Shown here: piece after piece, positions 20,592 to 29,157 of the stretch
How positions within the stretch are numbered: position 1 is the first letter of the stretch
How the letters are laid out: every line of letters begins with the position of its first letter
Source: a virus
Taxonomy: Duplodnaviria > Caudoviricetes
IMG/VR virus record: IMGVR_UViG_3300016744_000001
DNA: 64,000 nt
Reading direction: 5' to 3' (one strand)
Translations under genes and position numbers: made by a program
The notes under the pieces: model-generated
Database searches by the model: none
Seen by the model: only the letters and a program-made list of their open reading frames with translations
What the model was told of the DNA's origin: nothing

Positions 20592-21575
20592 ATGGATATA
20601 TTCAAGAATTTGGAGACCGCGCTGGTTTCACTGATCAAGAAAAAGCTCAAGTTGAACTCGCTGAGCCCGGACAACATCAAACAGGTTTGTGAATTTCAGG
20701 AAGGTTACCTCCGTAATCTGATCGAAGCCATGGAAGTATTTGAAGACAACGTCATGCTGAACTTGCGTGACAAATACTTCGCCACTCCGAAACGGCGTGA
20801 CCGGATCGACAACCAGCATCTGATTCTGGACCTTAAGTCCAAGCTGTCAGGTAAGGCTGGTCTGTACGAGCGGAACCGCACTTTTGGTGCTGCACTCAAG
20901 GTAGCAAAAGACTACCTTAAGATCATGGTGGAAATTCGGGTGAACGCCGCCAAACTGCTCAGTGACAAATCTATCACGATTGACTCTGCAAGGATCACTG
21001 ACGTGATGGTTCTTGGGGTACTGCGGGAAGTGGACGTATTTGTACGGTACACTTCATACCTGTGGGAATACTTCCGAATGGTCATCGAACAGAGTCCGAA
21101 AGATCAAGATCTGTATCGGGCGAGGTATCTTGCTGACAATCAGGACTTGTATTTCGCAATCCTGAACAACGTTTGCGATCGCCAGAGCAACTACTCATTC
21201 ATGGTTGAAGCCAGAGCAATTAAACGGAAGAACGCTGACCTTGTGCTGTATGCCAATGGTAACAGCTTCTTCCCTGTGGTCAAGCCAAGCGAATACAACG
21301 ATGACACCAAGCAGATCCTTGCCAGTGGCATCCTCGGGCTGAACTTCTTTGCTTGGGTGGTTTCGAAATGGGATGAATGGAAACACACCCAGTATAAGAA
21401 GATGAAGGTGCACAAGGAATGGCTTGAACAAGAACAAGCCCGCCTTCGTCAGATCGTGATGGATGCTGATCCTAACAGCTCACAAGTTGCTACCACTGAA
21501 AAGTACATCGAAGCGTACAGCGCTAAGATCACCGAGCTTGATCGGGAAATCAGTGAGTACGAGAAGGACGTGTAG
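20592..21575 (+). CDS. Internal head protein (phiKZ gp90-like)
   Basis: Follows the gp89-like gene; C-terminal coiled coil. Confidence 0.6.
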   Translation: MDIFKNLETALVSLIKKKLKLNSLSPDNIKQVCEFQEGYLRNLIEAMEVFEDNVMLNLRDKYFATPKRRDRIDNQHLILDLKSKLSGKAGLYERNRTFGAALKVAKDYLKIMVEIRVNAAKLLSDKSITIDSARITDVMVLGVLREVDVFVRYTSYLWEYFRMVIEQSPKDQDLYRARYLADNQDLYFAILNNVCDRQSNYSFMVEARAIKRKNADLVLYANGNSFFPVVKPSEYNDDTKQILASGILGLNFFAWVVSKWDEWKHTQYKKMKVHKEWLEQEQARLRQIVMDADPNSSQVATTEKYIEAYSAKITELDREISEYEKDV

Positions 21576-21576
21576 T

Positions 21577-22644
21577 ATGTCAATGGTTGCTGAAAACTCA
21601 ACACCGAAAGGCATGTCGCGGCGAGTAAGATTGAATGCCATGGACTGGATGATCCGGAACTATGCACATCCTTACAACCGAAAGATCAACAATTTCTTGT
21701 GCCGCTTTTCCCACCTGATTCGGCACATCAAACCTGAGGAAGTCGACCTCGAACTTGCTTGGGGTCATGGCTTATTGAACGGTGAGCTGCAGGATGTGCC
21801 ATTTGACAGTACATCTGGACTCATTCAAAACTACCTGGTGGAACATCGGTCCGACATTCGTCGCCAAGTGTACACCACACTTGCAGACTGGTTGATGGTG
21901 ATGACAAAGATCTTCGATCGTACTCAGTTCAAAGCTGACGACGATTATACGGACAGCTGTGCTTGGGACAGCCGTTATGACATGATTGACCTGGGTTACA
22001 CCATCAAGCTGCCTAAGGCCACCAGAGAAATCCTTGATGATCTGGTGAAGTTCATCCAGACCACGTCGTTTGAACGTGACTGGGAATGGCAGCAATTGGA
22101 GTACAAGCTTGACATGGCAATGACCTCAGTGAAGGATGCCAACAAGCGGTATGAGAAGGTCCTCAACGATATCATCTACGATGATACTTTGGATGACCAT
22201 CCTCAAGTGACTGGTCAAACTCGACTTGTCTCTGATTATGCTGTGCCACTGTTGTCAGTGATTCCGCAGAATCAGTTTGACCACAGTCTGTCGGTCCCCA
22301 GTGAAGTGGTGATGAACTCCTTGACACCAAGAAAACTGAAAATCTACTCAAGCATTTTTGGTCTCTTGGCATGCTTGCGCTTGGTGCGCATGGAAGGTGA
22401 GTTTGCCAAGTTTCTGCCATCTTGGATGGTGACGGGTGACCCAAGAGACAAAGATCCTTTTGCAGAACACGGGAATGATGTTTTGCTGGAACAATGGCTT
22501 GACCATTTGCCAACGTATCATCCTTCATTCGTTCTCTTGCTGAAAGAACGGAAAAACTTCACGTACACTGGTTCTCACCGGGACCCGTACAGTGACTGTT
22601 CCGTTGCATTGGCCTATCTCAGAGCGATGTTTCCATTCATCTAG
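21577..22644 (+). CDS. Putative virion protein
   Basis: GAAGGA RBS before ATG 21577; lies in the head operon. Confidence 0.55.
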   Translation: MSMVAENSTPKGMSRRVRLNAMDWMIRNYAHPYNRKINNFLCRFSHLIRHIKPEEVDLELAWGHGLLNGELQDVPFDSTSGLIQNYLVEHRSDIRRQVYTTLADWLMVMTKIFDRTQFKADDDYTDSCAWDSRYDMIDLGYTIKLPKATREILDDLVKFIQTTSFERDWEWQQLEYKLDMAMTSVKDANKRYEKVLNDIIYDDTLDDHPQVTGQTRLVSDYAVPLLSVIPQNQFDHSLSVPSEVVMNSLTPRKLKIYSSIFGLLACLRLVRMEGEFAKFLPSWMVTGDPRDKDPFAEHGNDVLLEQWLDHLPTYHPSFVLLLKERKNFTYTGSHRDPYSDCSVALAYLRAMFPFI

Positions 22645-22746
22645 CTCTTCAAATAGGAATGGTAGTTATCAATGTATGTGTCTGTCGACAAACACTTAAC
22701 TCACTGATCTATAGATCTCAGTGACCCTTTCGAAAGGATTACCATC

Positions 22747-23874
22747 ATGGCCAATCTGAAAAACTCGCGCAGTGCTTTTGAGCGTCTTCAGCATCGTTAC
22801 GAAGGCGATGACGGCGAAGGCACAACCATTGAAGTGACCATCATCGCCGACGCTGACGCTGAAGCCGTTGAAGCGGCTCTTGACGAAGAAGAAGCGTCTG
22901 CTGACATCGCTGATGGCGAAGCCACTGCTGATGACGACGCCGCTGGCGAAGAAGAAGCCGCTGAACTGAGCGCCATGGCCGAAGTGCTGCGCGCCGAAGG
23001 TCTTACCCCCGGCATGTACGCCCTGCTGCAGGCCTCAGGCAAATGCGCTCTGTACAACATTGCCATGCCCGGCAAAGAAACCATGGATGTCGCTGGTCGC
23101 AACGACGCCATGGCCACTGCCATCGCCAGTGCTTTTGAAGCCACTGCCGCCGGTTTCTGGGAAGGCACCAAGAACTTCTTTGCCAAGATCTGGGATGCCA
23201 TCATCCGCGCGTTCATCTGGATCAAGACACACGTCGGTGGCGTGGAAACACGCGTGAAGCGTGCCCACGACTCCCTCAGCGGCAAATCCTTTGACGCTGA
23301 AAAGGGCAAAGACGTGAAGGCGAAAGACCTCAGCGAAGAAAAGTTGAAGGGCCTCGCCAGCGCTGCCAGTACTGTGCTGGAAAAAATGCGTTCGGTCTCC
23401 AGCTCCATGCGTGAGGGCTGGTCAGTGTCTGATGCCATGCCGGCCAATGACGCTCTCCAGCGTGCCACCGGTTACAAGCTTGCCGAAGGCGGCAAGGGTC
23501 TTGAAGAAGCCGACGAAAAGTTCATGGAAGGCGAAGAAATCGCCGTGACTGACGCCGTCTTCAAAGCATACCAGGGCAGCCGCTTCACCGCCATTCAGGC
23601 GATCATCACGATGATCAAGAAGGCCGATGCTTACAAGACTGACGCAGAAGCTTGCAAGAAAGCCTTTATCTCGTTCACCGAGAACAACAACAAAAACAAG
23701 GGCGAAAACGGCAAGATGAGCGAAGAAGCCAAGAAGAGCATCAAGACGGCCAAAGAAGCCAGCTCCGCTTGGATGAAGATCGTTGGCCGTCAGGTCAAGG
23801 TTCTCGCCCGCGCCTGCTCCATGTACGTCAACGGCTGCGGCAAAGCTCGTGCTTGCGCCAAGTCCGCCGACTAG
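22747..23874 (+). CDS. Abundant internal head/inner-body protein (gp93-like family)
   Basis: Acidic propeptide; SAFE sites, then GFWEGTKNFFAKIWDAII helix; strong C-ending codon bias. Confidence 0.7.
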   Translation: MANLKNSRSAFERLQHRYEGDDGEGTTIEVTIIADADAEAVEAALDEEEASADIADGEATADDDAAGEEEAAELSAMAEVLRAEGLTPGMYALLQASGKCALYNIAMPGKETMDVAGRNDAMATAIASAFEATAAGFWEGTKNFFAKIWDAIIRAFIWIKTHVGGVETRVKRAHDSLSGKSFDAEKGKDVKAKDLSEEKLKGLASAASTVLEKMRSVSSSMREGWSVSDAMPANDALQRATGYKLAEGGKGLEEADEKFMEGEEIAVTDAVFKAYQGSRFTAIQAIITMIKKADAYKTDAEACKKAFISFTENNNKNKGENGKMSEEAKKSIKTAKEASSAWMKIVGRQVKVLARACSMYVNGCGKARACAKSAD

Positions 23875-23937
23875 GAGGTTCACCATGAAAGGCTGGCCTC
23901 TGCTCGGATAACTTGACCTAGTTAAGTCGGTTCATTT

Positions 23938-23972
23938 GTCTACCCTCTACCCGTTTTGGGTAGAGGGTAGAC
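23938..23972 (+). terminator. 15-bp stem hairpin with T-run
   Basis: GTCTACCCTCTACCC-GTTTT-GGGTAGAGGGTAGAC followed by TTTTT. Confidence 0.75.
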
Positions 23973-24038
23973 TTTTTAGTTCTAACATTGCTTTAGCCTA
24001 TGAATACCAAACATTCCACATGGAGCAATTAAAGAATC

Positions 24039-25043
24039 ATGGACACATTAATTGACTCACAAGAATTTGTACTCTTTGATCAACAAACTCGTGAACAACT
24101 GGGTCAGTTGTACACGGTTGCAAATGAGTCAGCTTCAGAACTAATCGAAGGCATGGAAGAAGCTGATCAAATGATCCGTTATCCTGCGCTGGCCAAAGAA
24201 GGACTGATTGGCGAAGCGTACAACTTTGTGATGCTCTGTCTGCGATCTCTCTTGAACCTGGTAGAGAAAGTCATCGCTTGGTTCTCGGAAAAGATCAACC
24301 ACTTTGTGAACATCCGCCAGAAGGTCAAGAAGCACAATGACGGTCGGGTGGATAAGTTTCGGTCATTGTACACTGGGTTTACTGTGACCGAAAAAGCAGA
24401 AGCAAACACAAAGTTCAAGTCTTTGCACATTGACTATTGCCCCCCTCACCAACAGTATATCCAGATGTGCAATCTTTTCAATCAGGTCACCAACTACCTA
24501 GCAAGCAACGTTACCAGTTACGTAAGCCGTGATGTGGCGTTGTTTTGGTCGAACGTTGACCCTGAAGTGATCCCAGCTTGGTGTGACGCTGAACTGATGG
24601 AAGTCCTTGCCAAGTTTGGTATCAAGATGGATGTGGATAACTTCAGTTATACCTCACCATTTACTGCCATGCCCCGGATGACCATGGATGAAGGTGGTTA
24701 CAACATCGAGTCCATCGCAGACATCAACTACCATTACGCCAAGTTTGTGTATGGTAATCTGCGAATCATCATCGGGTTGAAGAAACAGTTTGAAGAGTTT
24801 GAGAATGTGATCAAGCTCAAGGAAAAAGAAGCCGCGAAGCTGGCAGGAGAAGGTAGCAAAGCTTCTTTTGCTGCGGCTACCAAGAAGATCAGCAAGTCAA
24901 TTGCGGTGAGTATTCGCTTAACCAATTATCTGACCCAAATTGAGGAAGCACTGGACACACGTCGTGGCTGGATCAGCATGCGTGGTGTTGAGGCGTGTGT
25001 CAAAACCGTTAACAAAGATGCTGCTGCTGTTGAGTTTCAGTAG
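24039..25043 (+). CDS. Putative internal head protein (paralog family)
   Basis: GME and AKE sites, then amphipathic helix LVEKVIAWFSEKI. Confidence 0.6.
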   Translation: MDTLIDSQEFVLFDQQTREQLGQLYTVANESASELIEGMEEADQMIRYPALAKEGLIGEAYNFVMLCLRSLLNLVEKVIAWFSEKINHFVNIRQKVKKHNDGRVDKFRSLYTGFTVTEKAEANTKFKSLHIDYCPPHQQYIQMCNLFNQVTNYLASNVTSYVSRDVALFWSNVDPEVIPAWCDAELMEVLAKFGIKMDVDNFSYTSPFTAMPRMTMDEGGYNIESIADINYHYAKFVYGNLRIIIGLKKQFEEFENVIKLKEKEAAKLAGEGSKASFAAATKKISKSIAVSIRLTNYLTQIEEALDTRRGWISMRGVEACVKTVNKDAAAVEFQ

Positions 25044-25056
25044 CGAAGGAACTATC

Positions 25057-26649
25057 ATGGCGCGTAAAGGATCAGCAGTAGAACAGTTCTTTTTTCAGGC
25101 GAACAGTGCTCTTGGGAAAGGAATGGAACAGGCATTCCAAGCAGCAATCAATTTTGTTGCAGGGATCGATTACAGCAACATCGCCGATAAAGACAAGGTT
25201 GGTTATCGGCGTACACAGACGCACAACTATGCCAGGATGACTCTGTTCCCAGCATTGCAGAAAGTCATCCGTGACACCACCAATCTTGAAATTGATAAGG
25301 TGGTTGATGTCAATCGCTTTTGCGGGTACTTCGCCATTGACATCGGACTGGATGCCTACGAAGAGGTCATCGCTATTCTTCAGAACCAGAGTGGCACTGG
25401 TGTAAAGCCAACTCCTCTGGACGAAACCGCAAAAGAAATCGCTGACTTTGCTGAAAAGGTTGATCAGGTCAATGCGAAACTGACTGCAACCTTGTTTGGT
25501 AAAGGGCTAAGCCGGAAGATTTCAGCGACGTTGTTCATGGATGTTGACATGGCCCTTTTGATGCAGGACAACTTGCCAGTTGACTATGTTGACTCGTTTA
25601 CAGCATCTGAGCTGACTGGCATCTACCTGCATGAAGTCGGTCACATGCTGACAATGCTGTATCAAGCAGCCAACAGCTACGCTGAGGTTGAAACGATTCG
25701 TGGGCATCTGAAGTCGTTCCAATCAGTTGCCGGTGACCCCAAGAAGTTTGTCGAAGTATACACCAAGGCAGTGCGACCAATGCTGGCTGATGGTGTGACC
25801 AAGAAAACCGTCAACCCAGAGATCTTGGACAAGTCCGATAAGCTGATAGAATCTGTCAAGTACTATGAGCAAGCCAAGACCGATGATTGGGGTTGGGGAA
25901 CAGCTGAGCTCGTCTGGCAACTATTCTCAAAGTACATGATGATCTACTGCATGATCTGGTCCAGAATCATCATGATGAACTTTATCCTGCCGTTCTATTG
26001 GATTGCCACTTGGTTCATTGGCAATCCAGGTGACAAAGGAAAAGTATCTGATGTTGGTAATTCGCCCAGAGCCTTTTATCGTGTTGAACGAATGGCCGAC
26101 GATTTTGCGGCCAAGCAAGGCTACGGTGGACAGCTGGCACAAGGACTGAGTAAGCTGCTTAAAGCAATTGAAGCAGCTGAGACGATGACCTTTGCTGGCA
26201 ATAAAGTGCACACCTACACCTTGCGCAAAAGTAAAGTGTTCATGTACACCCTCAAGTTCATTGTGGGATATCGTGCGGCACTCCGAATCAACGGTGAAAA
26301 GATCACTCGTGACTTCATGGGACATTCGAACTATGAAGCTGACACTGACAGGTTGCTCCGTGTGATCCAACAAATCACCGCCGCCTTCAAGAATGACCTG
26401 CCGCGTGAATTGTCCAACCATTACCTTGGTGAGTTGGCAGCAGCAAAAGCAGCTCTTGAAGACACCAAGTCTAAGACAAGAGCTATCTCTGACTTTATCT
26501 GGAAGTACTTTCTGGATACCGAGCAAGTACTTGGTCGTCTTCTTCAGACTGACCAACCAAAAGAAATTGAGCAGATGCTCAATGAACTGGACACAGTCAT
26601 CAACAATGAACTGTATGTCCGGGCTGCAGAATTCAAACACATGCGTTAG
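25057..26649 (+). CDS. Virion protein with zinc-metalloprotease motifs (M48-like)
   Basis: ELTGIYLHEVGH (HExxH) plus ERMADDFA (ExxAD); hydrophobic segment between them; GME site; GAAGGA RBS. Confidence 0.65.
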   Translation: MARKGSAVEQFFFQANSALGKGMEQAFQAAINFVAGIDYSNIADKDKVGYRRTQTHNYARMTLFPALQKVIRDTTNLEIDKVVDVNRFCGYFAIDIGLDAYEEVIAILQNQSGTGVKPTPLDETAKEIADFAEKVDQVNAKLTATLFGKGLSRKISATLFMDVDMALLMQDNLPVDYVDSFTASELTGIYLHEVGHMLTMLYQAANSYAEVETIRGHLKSFQSVAGDPKKFVEVYTKAVRPMLADGVTKKTVNPEILDKSDKLIESVKYYEQAKTDDWGWGTAELVWQLFSKYMMIYCMIWSRIIMMNFILPFYWIATWFIGNPGDKGKVSDVGNSPRAFYRVERMADDFAAKQGYGGQLAQGLSKLLKAIEAAETMTFAGNKVHTYTLRKSKVFMYTLKFIVGYRAALRINGEKITRDFMGHSNYEADTDRLLRVIQQITAAFKNDLPRELSNHYLGELAAAKAALEDTKSKTRAISDFIWKYFLDTEQVLGRLLQTDQPKEIEQMLNELDTVINNELYVRAAEFKHMR

Positions 26650-26652
26650 CAG

Positions 26653-26684
26653 GATAGACCAGAGGGGAAACCCTCTGGTCTATC
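26653..26684. terminator. 14-bp stem hairpin with GAAA loop
   Basis: GATAGACCAGAGGG-GAAA-CCCTCTGGTCTATC. Confidence 0.75.
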
Positions 26685-26710
26685 AGTGTGAATTGAAGAA
26701 AAAATAAGTG

Positions 26711-26718
26711 CATATTAC
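26711..26718 (+). promoter_or_regulatory. Putative early promoter variant CATATTAC
   Basis: One mismatch to TATATTAC; A-rich upstream; about 50 nt before ORF 26767. Confidence 0.5.
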
Positions 26719-26766
26719 TAAACTGTACGAGGGTATAAAAATAAAAACAAAGGAGAATCCTTTACT

Positions 26767-27300
26767 ATGAAAAGAGCAAACGTTTCAGTGTTGGATGTCG
26801 TCAAAATACTCAAAACCATTCCCGTCGGCAACATCATGTCTTACGCCGACTTCACCAAGAAGACTGGGCTCAACCCTCAGTCCCAAGAAGGTTACTACGT
26901 CCTGCATCAGGCATACTCACTGATGCTGAGCGACCACAAGCAGATGTACGCTGCAGTGCGTGGCCGTGGCATCAAACATCTGACCAAGGCAGAGATGTTC
27001 ACAAAGGCACAGAACATCGTTGGCCAGGTGAAAGCCAAGGCTGAAAAGATGACCGATGTCTTGGATGCCGTAGAGATCACCGACTTGCCGACCAGCTATC
27101 ATCAGCGTTATCGCGCTGCAGTGGCAATCAGCAAGATGCTCACCCAGTGCGCAGCTGATGAAACCACTGCCGAGATCAACAAGATGATCGCCAATGGTAA
27201 TCCCATCCCGGGTTTCTATGAGATCGTCAGGACCATCCACAACTACTCGGTCAAGAAAGAAAACGACCGCCGCAACAATCGCCTCGACGCCACGCATTAA
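26767..27300 (+). CDS. Hypothetical early protein, possible winged-helix DNA-binding domain
   Basis: AAGGAG RBS; IPVGNIMSYADF...TG resembles a wHTH start. Confidence 0.6.
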   Translation: MKRANVSVLDVVKILKTIPVGNIMSYADFTKKTGLNPQSQEGYYVLHQAYSLMLSDHKQMYAAVRGRGIKHLTKAEMFTKAQNIVGQVKAKAEKMTDVLDAVEITDLPTSYHQRYRAAVAISKMLTQCAADETTAEINKMIANGNPIPGFYEIVRTIHNYSVKKENDRRNNRLDATH

Positions 27301-27515
27301 GAAACATATTTTCGGTTAAGGTCCCGGTTATTAATCTGAGATAAAGGTTGAAATATGAAGAACGGCTGGGTCATCGTTCTACTGCCGCTTCTCGTATAGA
27401 TCATTACTGATCTGCGGCACTAGATTTTATAGCGATAAAAGCTATAAGATCCCCAAGTTCGGATAATGAGGGAGAGCAGCCTTGTGGTTGCCCTCCCTCG
27501 TATTTAATTTTTGCA

Positions 27516-28376
27516 TTGGAGGACAAGATGTTGAATGGCATGGAAGACATGATGCACGATATGAAACTGGATGGAAAACCCATTCAGGTCACCCAAGAAT
27601 GGACTCCCTATAATCCATTCACGATGCCTTTTAAAAACAACACCTGGGAGTTTACCCCAGTTACGGACTGGCTTAAGTGGTACAATAAGCAGATGCTTGG
27701 TTATCCTGGGTTGTCAATCAAGAACTATTTGACCATGGATGCGGAACTCCTGAAAAATGATCTTGACAATCGTCTCAGGTCTGGTGATGAGTTTGACTTC
27801 ATGCAGACACTGTTCCAGTTGGTTAAGCATGCTGGCAACCCTGGCGCTCAGCTTGTCTACCAGATGCCAGTAGACTTCTATCGGGAGTTTGTCCAGAACT
27901 CCCTTTCTTTGGATGAAAAGATTAAAGAGTTCTTTCTTGAGATCAAACAGGGGTACGTTTGGGCGTACACCATTCTGGATATTGCCCCTGTGCACAAGTA
28001 CACATCACCTTTTAGTCGGGGAATGACAGAATCCCAGCCAAACCAGAACGTGGTGTACCTGCACAATTTCAAACTTATGTGCATGTACTTTCTGCAAGAA
28101 CTGCTTCGTCGGAAAGCTCCATGCACAACAGTTGAGCTGTACAAGATTTATGGGATTGCACAAGCCAACTACTGGAACAATGTTTTTGGCACTGTGCAAA
28201 GTAGCGATGACCAGTACCCCTTGGAAGACGTTGCTACTTACAATCATCATGCCAAGGATAATCCCCGGTGGCTCAGCAATTGTTTTGAAAATTTCATCTT
28301 TGATGGGCGTCAAGTGATCCTTCAGAATCACTTCGCACCTATCAATGAGATCCTTACTGAGGAGATCGAATGGTAA
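27516..28376 (+). CDS. Hypothetical protein
   Basis: About 280 aa; GGAGG RBS suggests a start near 27528. Confidence 0.7.
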   Translation: MEDKMLNGMEDMMHDMKLDGKPIQVTQEWTPYNPFTMPFKNNTWEFTPVTDWLKWYNKQMLGYPGLSIKNYLTMDAELLKNDLDNRLRSGDEFDFMQTLFQLVKHAGNPGAQLVYQMPVDFYREFVQNSLSLDEKIKEFFLEIKQGYVWAYTILDIAPVHKYTSPFSRGMTESQPNQNVVYLHNFKLMCMYFLQELLRRKAPCTTVELYKIYGIAQANYWNNVFGTVQSSDDQYPLEDVATYNHHAKDNPRWLSNCFENFIFDGRQVILQNHFAPINEILTEEIEW

Positions 28377-28666
28377 TCAATTTTGTTGACCACAAAGTTG
28401 AAGAGACCGCCAAACAGCTCTATGCTGAATTGAAACCACGTGAGAATGATCAGATCAAGTTTTCATTCACTGACGATCCAATTGATCCCTCAGTGGTGAT
28501 GCGAGAAATAGACAATACTCATGTGGTCTACTTGCAAGCGTACGTTCGTGAGCTGATGGCTAAAAATGGTACGAGGATCGTTCCTAAGCACGATGAATTG
28601 ATTACACGACTCTTTCTTCGTTACGCTAGGTTCGTTAGCGTAAAACGTGTTTTCGTGGCATTTTGA
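28370..28666 (+). CDS. Hypothetical protein
   Basis: GAGGAG RBS; overlaps the previous stop. Confidence 0.65.
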   Translation: MVINFVDHKVEETAKQLYAELKPRENDQIKFSFTDDPIDPSVVMREIDNTHVVYLQAYVRELMAKNGTRIVPKHDELITRLFLRYARFVSVKRVFVAF

Positions 28667-28672
28667 AGCATG

Positions 28673-28708
28673 CTCTATCTACCCCACCAATTGGTGGGGT
28701 AGATAGAG
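28673..28708. terminator. 36-bp perfect palindrome between convergent genes
   Basis: CTCTATCTACCCCACCAA|TTGGTGGGGTAGATAGAG. Confidence 0.75.
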
Positions 28709-28729
28709 ATTTAAGGAGTGTTTATTTTT

Positions 28730-29146
28730 TTAGCCAGCTGGATAACCGGCAACGAATCCATGTGACTGAAGCAGATCAATCACGGTCTGGCCATCGATCT
28801 CTTTCTCACGATTGTACACCGTGATGTTGAACGACTGCTTTGGATTGATCACCTTCACACTGGCAGGAGCAATCCACTCGATCGCTCTGACCACGTTCAT
28901 GACCTGACCATCCTGCTGGTATTCCAGTGTCAGATAAGTCAGTTCAGTGTACGGAGCCATACTGGTCAGTGTCTTGGCCACTTCACGATAGTAAGGAACG
29001 AGATCACCTTCGATTGCCCGTACCAATGAGTACGTTCCGCGACCGATGATTTTGCCTTCATACACCGTCTGGTCAGACGGATGCACACAAGTAAACGAAA
29101 CGTTCGTCCCAAGGGGCAACGTTGTGAGATCAACAAGATCTGCCAT
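28730..29146 (-). CDS. Small beta-rich hypothetical protein
   Basis: GAGG RBS; directly downstream of the chaperonin. Confidence 0.65.
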   Translation of the reverse strand: MADLVDLTTLPLGTNVSFTCVHPSDQTVYEGKIIGRGTYSLVRAIEGDLVPYYREVAKTLTSMAPYTELTYLTLEYQQDGQVMNVVRAIEWIAPASVKVINPKQSFNITVYNREKEIDGQTVIDLLQSHGFVAGYPAG

Positions 29147-29157
29147 GAGTCATACCT

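Noticed and set aside
28730-29146. GroES co-chaperonin
   Set aside because: No PLxDRV or mobile-loop GGI motif, and longer than GroES.
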